A stretch of DNA of 64,000 nucleotides from Pseudomonadota bacterium (GTDB lineage: Bacteria; Bdellovibrionota_G; JALEGL01; DATDPG01), in NCBI GenBank assembly GCA_043809315.1, contig JAZDDX010000015.1, positions 21,481 to 85,480 on the forward strand, written 5' to 3'. The notes under the pieces are model-generated. The model was given only the letters and a program-made list of their open reading frames with translations, had not been told where the DNA came from and ran no database searches. Below are positions 58,959-64,000 of this stretch, piece by piece (positions within the stretch are counted from its first letter, which is position 1; each line of letters opens with the position of its first letter). Position numbers and translations under genes: made by a program.

Positions 58959-59917
58959 TGCTTATGCCAATCGATCGCGGTCCGGATGATGTTCCGGAGA
59001 TCGGAATGTTGAGGCTTCCAGGGGAGCTCTTCCATCGCTTTTCGAGGGTCGGCAATAAGGACCATCGGGTCCCCCTCCCGTCGGGGTAGAAGCCTGCGCT
59101 CGACCGGATGTCCGAGTTGTGCGTCGACCTCGTCCAGCACCTCCTTCACCGTGAATCCATGAGACGTCCCCAGGTTGAAAATTCGAGCGCCGCCGGTTGA
59201 AAGGAGGGTCCGGAGGAGGAGTTCGTGCGCCACAGCGAGGTCCCAGACATGGATGAAATCCCGTTCACACGTTCCGTCGCGCGTCTTGTAGTCGGTTCCG
59301 AACAGTTCGAACGCCGGAATCAACCCGAGCCCTGCCCGGATCGCATTCGGAATCAAGTGGGTCTCCGGATCATGGACTTCGCCGAGCTCGTTCTCCGGAT
59401 CGGCTCCGGCCGCGTTGAAGTATCGGAAGATTCCAACGGCCAGTCCTTTCCGTTGCAAGAGGTCGTTTTCGAACTCGAACTTGGAGGCGCCGTACGGGTT
59501 GATCGGCTTCTTCGGGTGATCCTCCCGGATCGGCGTGTGGATCGGTTCGCCGTAGACCGCGGCGGTGGAGGAGAAGAGAAACGCTTTGACTCCGCATTTT
59601 TGAAGCGCGTCCGCCAGCTTCTTTCCGCGGACGACGTTGTTGTCGTGGTACCCCTCCGGGTCGGTCATCGACTCCCCGACCAACGCCCTCGCCGCGCAAT
59701 GGACGACCGATGTCACGTTTTCCTTCGTGCAGAATTCCCTAACCCGCTCCTCTTCCGAGATGTCGGCATGGAGGTTGGCGGAGAGATATTTCGTCACGCG
59801 AGCAGGGGGAAGGACACGATCGAGGCCGAGGACGCGCCAACCACACTTCACAAAATACTTGGCGAAATGCGAGCCGATGTACCCGGACGACCCCGTGATC
59901 AGGACCGATTCGGACAT
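58943..59917 (-). CDS. galE: UDP-glucose 4-epimerase
   Basis: TGSSGYIGSH, FSSTAAVYG, PYGASK, RYFNAAGA, DGTCERDFIHV. Confidence 0.95.
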   Translation of the reverse strand: MSESVLITGSSGYIGSHFAKYFVKCGWRVLGLDRVLPPARVTKYLSANLHADISEEERVREFCTKENVTSVVHCAARALVGESMTDPEGYHDNNVVRGKKLADALQKCGVKAFLFSSTAAVYGEPIHTPIREDHPKKPINPYGASKFEFENDLLQRKGLAVGIFRYFNAAGADPENELGEVHDPETHLIPNAIRAGLGLIPAFELFGTDYKTRDGTCERDFIHVWDLAVAHELLLRTLLSTGGARIFNLGTSHGFTVKEVLDEVDAQLGHPVERRLLPRREGDPMVLIADPRKAMEELPWKPQHSDLRNIIRTAIDWHKQCTRS

Positions 59918-60012
59918 GGGGGGATGATACGCGAGCGGAAACTTTTCGCCTACTCAGAACGCGTTGAACGGTGTACCTTCTGTGCCGCTCGACCGGATTC
60001 AAGGAGGATTCG

Positions 60013-61335
60013 ATGAAGATCGCGGTAATCGGAACTGGGTATGTGGGGCTTGTCACCGGAGCCTGTTTCGCGGAGACCGGCAACGACGTCACCTGCGTCG
60101 ACGCGGATGAGTCGAAAGTCTCGAAGCTCAAGAAGGGGGAGGTCCCGTTTTACGAGCCGGGGCTGAACGAGATCGTCAAACGGAACGTCACCGAGGGGAG
60201 ACTCAAGTTTTTGTCGGACACCGCCCGGGCTGCCAAGGAGGCGGAAGTCTCTTTCATCTGTGTCGGGACCCCCTCCGCGAAGGACGGATCGGTCGATCTC
60301 TCGCAGGTGTTCGAAGCATCCAGAGCGGTCGCGGCCGCATCCGAGGGAAAGACGATTCTGACGATCAAGAGCACCGTCCCGCCGGGAACGGCCGATCGCG
60401 TGGCCTCCGAGATCGGGGAGAAGCTGAAGCTCAAACTCCGAGTCGTTTCGAACCCCGAGTTCCTGCGCGAGGGGAGCGCGGTTCAGGACTGCCTCATCCC
60501 GGACCGGGTGGTGGTCGGCACGGAAGACGAAGATCTGGCGGCTCTCTTGAAAGGGCTCTATCACCCGTTCGTCCGGACCGGGAACCCGATCTTCATCCTC
60601 GACCGGAAGTCAGCCGAGATGACGAAGTACGCGTCGAACGCCCTTCTGGCCGCCCGGATCTCGTTCATCAACGAGATTTCGATGCTTTGCGAGCGGGTCG
60701 GGGCCGATGTCACCCGGGTTCGGGCTGCGGTCGGCGCGGACCACCGAATCGGCATGCAGTACCTGTTTCCTAGCTTAGGGTTCGGCGGTTCTTGTTTTCC
60801 GAAAGATGTCCGCGGGCTGGCGGCGTTGGCGCGGGAGAAGGGGATGAATCCAGGGATGCTCCAGGCGACGCTCGACGCGAACGAGGCGCAGAAAAAGAAC
60901 TTCGTCGATAAAGTGCTGGGCCATTTCGCGAAAAAAGGGGGGGCCGCCGGGAAACGGGTCGCCATCTGGGGGCTCGCGTTCAAGGCGAAGACCGACGACA
61001 TCCGCGAGTCGGCGGCGCTGACCGTCGTGGACCATCTCCTCAAGGCGAAGATGCGGCTCACGGTTTTCGATCCGGAGGCGATCACGAACGTAAAGTCGGT
61101 CTACGAGGACCGTCTGGAGTACGCCCACTCCGCATATGCCGCCCTCGAGGGGGCCGATGCGCTCTGTGTTCTGACCGAATGGAATCAGTTCCGCCATCCC
61201 GATTTCGGACAGCTGAAGAAACTGCTCCGCTCGCCGGTGATCTTCGACGGGAGAAACCTCTATCACCCCGAGACGCTCGCAGGGATGGGGTTCACGTACT
61301 ATTCGGTCGGTCGCCCGCCGGAAATTCAGGTCTGA
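60013..61335 (+). CDS. ugd: UDP-glucose/GDP-mannose dehydrogenase family protein (UDP-glucose 6-dehydrogenase)
   Basis: IGTGYVGLV, SNPEFLREG, FGGSCFPKD, GLAFK..TDDIRES, DGRN. Confidence 0.93.
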   Translation: MKIAVIGTGYVGLVTGACFAETGNDVTCVDADESKVSKLKKGEVPFYEPGLNEIVKRNVTEGRLKFLSDTARAAKEAEVSFICVGTPSAKDGSVDLSQVFEASRAVAAASEGKTILTIKSTVPPGTADRVASEIGEKLKLKLRVVSNPEFLREGSAVQDCLIPDRVVVGTEDEDLAALLKGLYHPFVRTGNPIFILDRKSAEMTKYASNALLAARISFINEISMLCERVGADVTRVRAAVGADHRIGMQYLFPSLGFGGSCFPKDVRGLAALAREKGMNPGMLQATLDANEAQKKNFVDKVLGHFAKKGGAAGKRVAIWGLAFKAKTDDIRESAALTVVDHLLKAKMRLTVFDPEAITNVKSVYEDRLEYAHSAYAALEGADALCVLTEWNQFRHPDFGQLKKLLRSPVIFDGRNLYHPETLAGMGFTYYSVGRPPEIQV

Positions 61336-61344
61336 AAATACGAT

Positions 61345-62462
61345 TCAGCGCAGGTAGAACTCCCGGATGACGCCGACCACCTGCTCCTGTTGAGCGGGGG
61401 TCAACTCCGGATAGATCGGGACCGCCATCGAGTCGTTCGCCGCTTTCTCGGACTCGGGAAAGTCCCCGGTCTTGTGTCCCAAGTCCCGGAAGCACTCCTG
61501 GAGGTGGAGTGGAAGCGGGTAGTAGATCTCCGTTCCGACCCCTTTCTCCGTCAGGTGCTTCTTGAGTTCATCCCGCTTCGGCCCCCGGATGACGTACTGG
61601 TTGAAGATGTGCCGATCCCCCTTGCGCCGCCACGGGAGAGTGACGAACTTCTCGAGGCCGGCGTCCTTAAACAAGCGATCGTATCGGTCGGCGTTCTCCT
61701 GCCGCTTCTTCGTCCAGCTGTCGAGATGCTTGAACTTGACCCGCAGGATCGCTGCCTGAAGGGCATCGAGACGGAAATTCCCGCCGACATACTTATGATA
61801 GTACTTCGGTTTCGAGCCGTGCCCCCGGTAGATGCGGAGTTTCTCGGCCAGATCCGGATCGTTCGTCGTCACCATCCCGCCGTCCCCCATCGCTCCCAAG
61901 TTCTTGGACGGGAAGAAGCTGAAGCAGCAGGTGGTTCCGAACGTTCCGACCCGTTTCCCCTGATACTCGGTTCCGATCGCCTGCGCGGCGTCCTCGATGA
62001 TCGGGACATTCCGTTTTTTACAGAGATCGACGATCGGAGCCATGTCGGCCGCCTGGCCGAAGAGGTGAACCGGAATCAACGCCTTGGTCCGAGACGTAAA
62101 AGCCTTCTCCAGTTTCTTCGGGTCCATGTTGAAGCTGGTCGGTTCGACGTCGACGAAAACTGGTTTCGCGCCGAGGCGGGAAATCGCCCCGACCGTCGCG
62201 AAAAAGGTGTGGGGAACTGTGATTACTTCGTCCCCGGGTCCTACGCCGAGGACCATGAGGGAGACTAGAAGAGCGTCGCTCCCCGATGTGACGCCGATCC
62301 CGTGCTGGCAACCAACGTACGGGGCGATCTCCTTCTCCAGTGCCTCGACTTCGGGGCCGAGGATGAAATGTTGGCTGGCGAAGACTTTCTCGAGCGCGGC
62401 TCGGAGTTCGCTCTCAATCGAACGATACTGCGCGTGAAGATCTAGGAGAGGGACTTTGCCGG

Positions 62463-62466
<4 letters not shown>
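61345..62466 (-). CDS. DegT/DnrJ/EryC1/StrS aminotransferase (WbpE-like)
   Basis: [41 protein letters not shown]. Confidence 0.93.
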
Positions 62467-63027
<561 letters not shown>

Positions 63028-63035
<8 letters not shown>

Positions 63036-64000
63036 GATAGTCCATCACTTGTACGGGTTGACCGTTCATCTGTAATGATCTCTGACAGCTTTGGAGGACC
63101 TTGAGAACCTTGAGCCCCTCCTCGCCGTCCGTCCGGGGCTTCTCGCGAGTTTCCATGCAGTGCAGGAAATGATCGCACTCCGCGCGCAGCGGCTCCGTCT
63201 CCTCGTCGAAGGAGACCGGTACCCCCGTGGGTTTTTCCGCCACCAAAGCTCCGTTGACGTCCGAAATCTTCTTTTCGTACATCAAGAGCTTTTCTCCTTT
63301 CGGCGCGCTGTCGACGAACGTGGCCATCCGTTTGGATCCCACCACGACGAGCCGTTGCCCCTTGAACGGGTGGAGCCAGCTCACGAAGACATGGCCGCGG
63401 ACGCCGTTGTCGAAGGAAAGCATGGAGACCGTCGTGTCGAAGACATTCGGCGTGAGATAGCTTCCCCCGACCGCGTTCACCTGAATCGGCATCGAGCCGG
63501 TGAGCCAAAGCATGGTCGAAATGTCGTGCGGAGCGAACGACCAGAGGATGTTCTCCTCGCGTCGGATCTTCCCGAGATTCAGACGATTCGAGTAGATGTA
63601 TTCGAGCGTTCCGAGTTCGCCGGAGGTGATCAGCTCTTTGAGCTTCAATAACCCCGGATGGTACTGGAGAATGTGCCCGACCATCAGGATTCGGCTGCGT
63701 GATTTTGCGAGAGCCACCAGCTCCTGAGCCTCGGAATAGTGGAGCGCCAAAGGTTTTTCGACCATCACGTCTTTTCCGGCGGTCAGCGCCTGTCGCGCGA
63801 CATCGAAGTGAGTGGCGGCTGGGGTGGCGATTACTACGCCAGCGATATCGTTCCGGCTGAGTACCTTCACCGGATCACCGTCGATGGCGACCCCCGGGAA
63901 CTTTTCGGCGACTTTCTTTCGTGAGTCCGGAGAGGTGTCACACACCACGGAAAGTTGTCCGAGTGCGTGGAAGTTTCGAACCAGGTTAATGCCCCAATAG
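63028..64000 (-). CDS. Gfo/Idh/MocA oxidoreductase (WbpB-like), 5' end outside the window
   Basis: [10 protein letters not shown] at the window edge, [28 protein letters not shown]. Confidence 0.9.

Overview
A GC-rich Gram-negative bacterial chromosomal segment. Protein types (DUF4388, MoxR-DUF58-transglutaminase, a Myxococcus-type Cys-rich repeat, a Haliangium-type microcompartment, sigma54 promoters) suggest a former-Deltaproteobacteria lineage (Myxococcota/Bdellovibrionota-like); this is an inference. The backbone is housekeeping: mutS, amidase, lnt-ybeY-phoH, proS, purB, eno, rsmA-tsaD-cpoB-pal, nusA-infB-rbfA-truB-rpsO-pnp, rnr, lgt, galE, ugd and wbpB/D/E-like sugar genes. Most notable items: (1) a compact bacterial-microcompartment operon (BMC-T, BMC-H, three BMC-P, one acylating aldehyde dehydrogenase with an encapsulation peptide) with no signature or cofactor-recycling enzyme, followed closely by a rhomboid protease; (2) a 99-nt nested palindromic element sitting in frame inside the RNase R catalytic domain; (3) an accessory block with an AbiEi-like HTH protein paired with a helicase-less HA-repeat protein, a STAND-like ATPase with a decayed cyclase domain, and a repeat-bearing lipoprotein; (4) sigma54-type promoters in front of four exported-protein genes, many apparently leaderless sigma70 promoters, and a rimP-type leader with no rimP gene. 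No rRNA, tRNA, CRISPR array or intact transposase was seen. All family assignments are by eye from motifs and remembered sequences; no database search was run.
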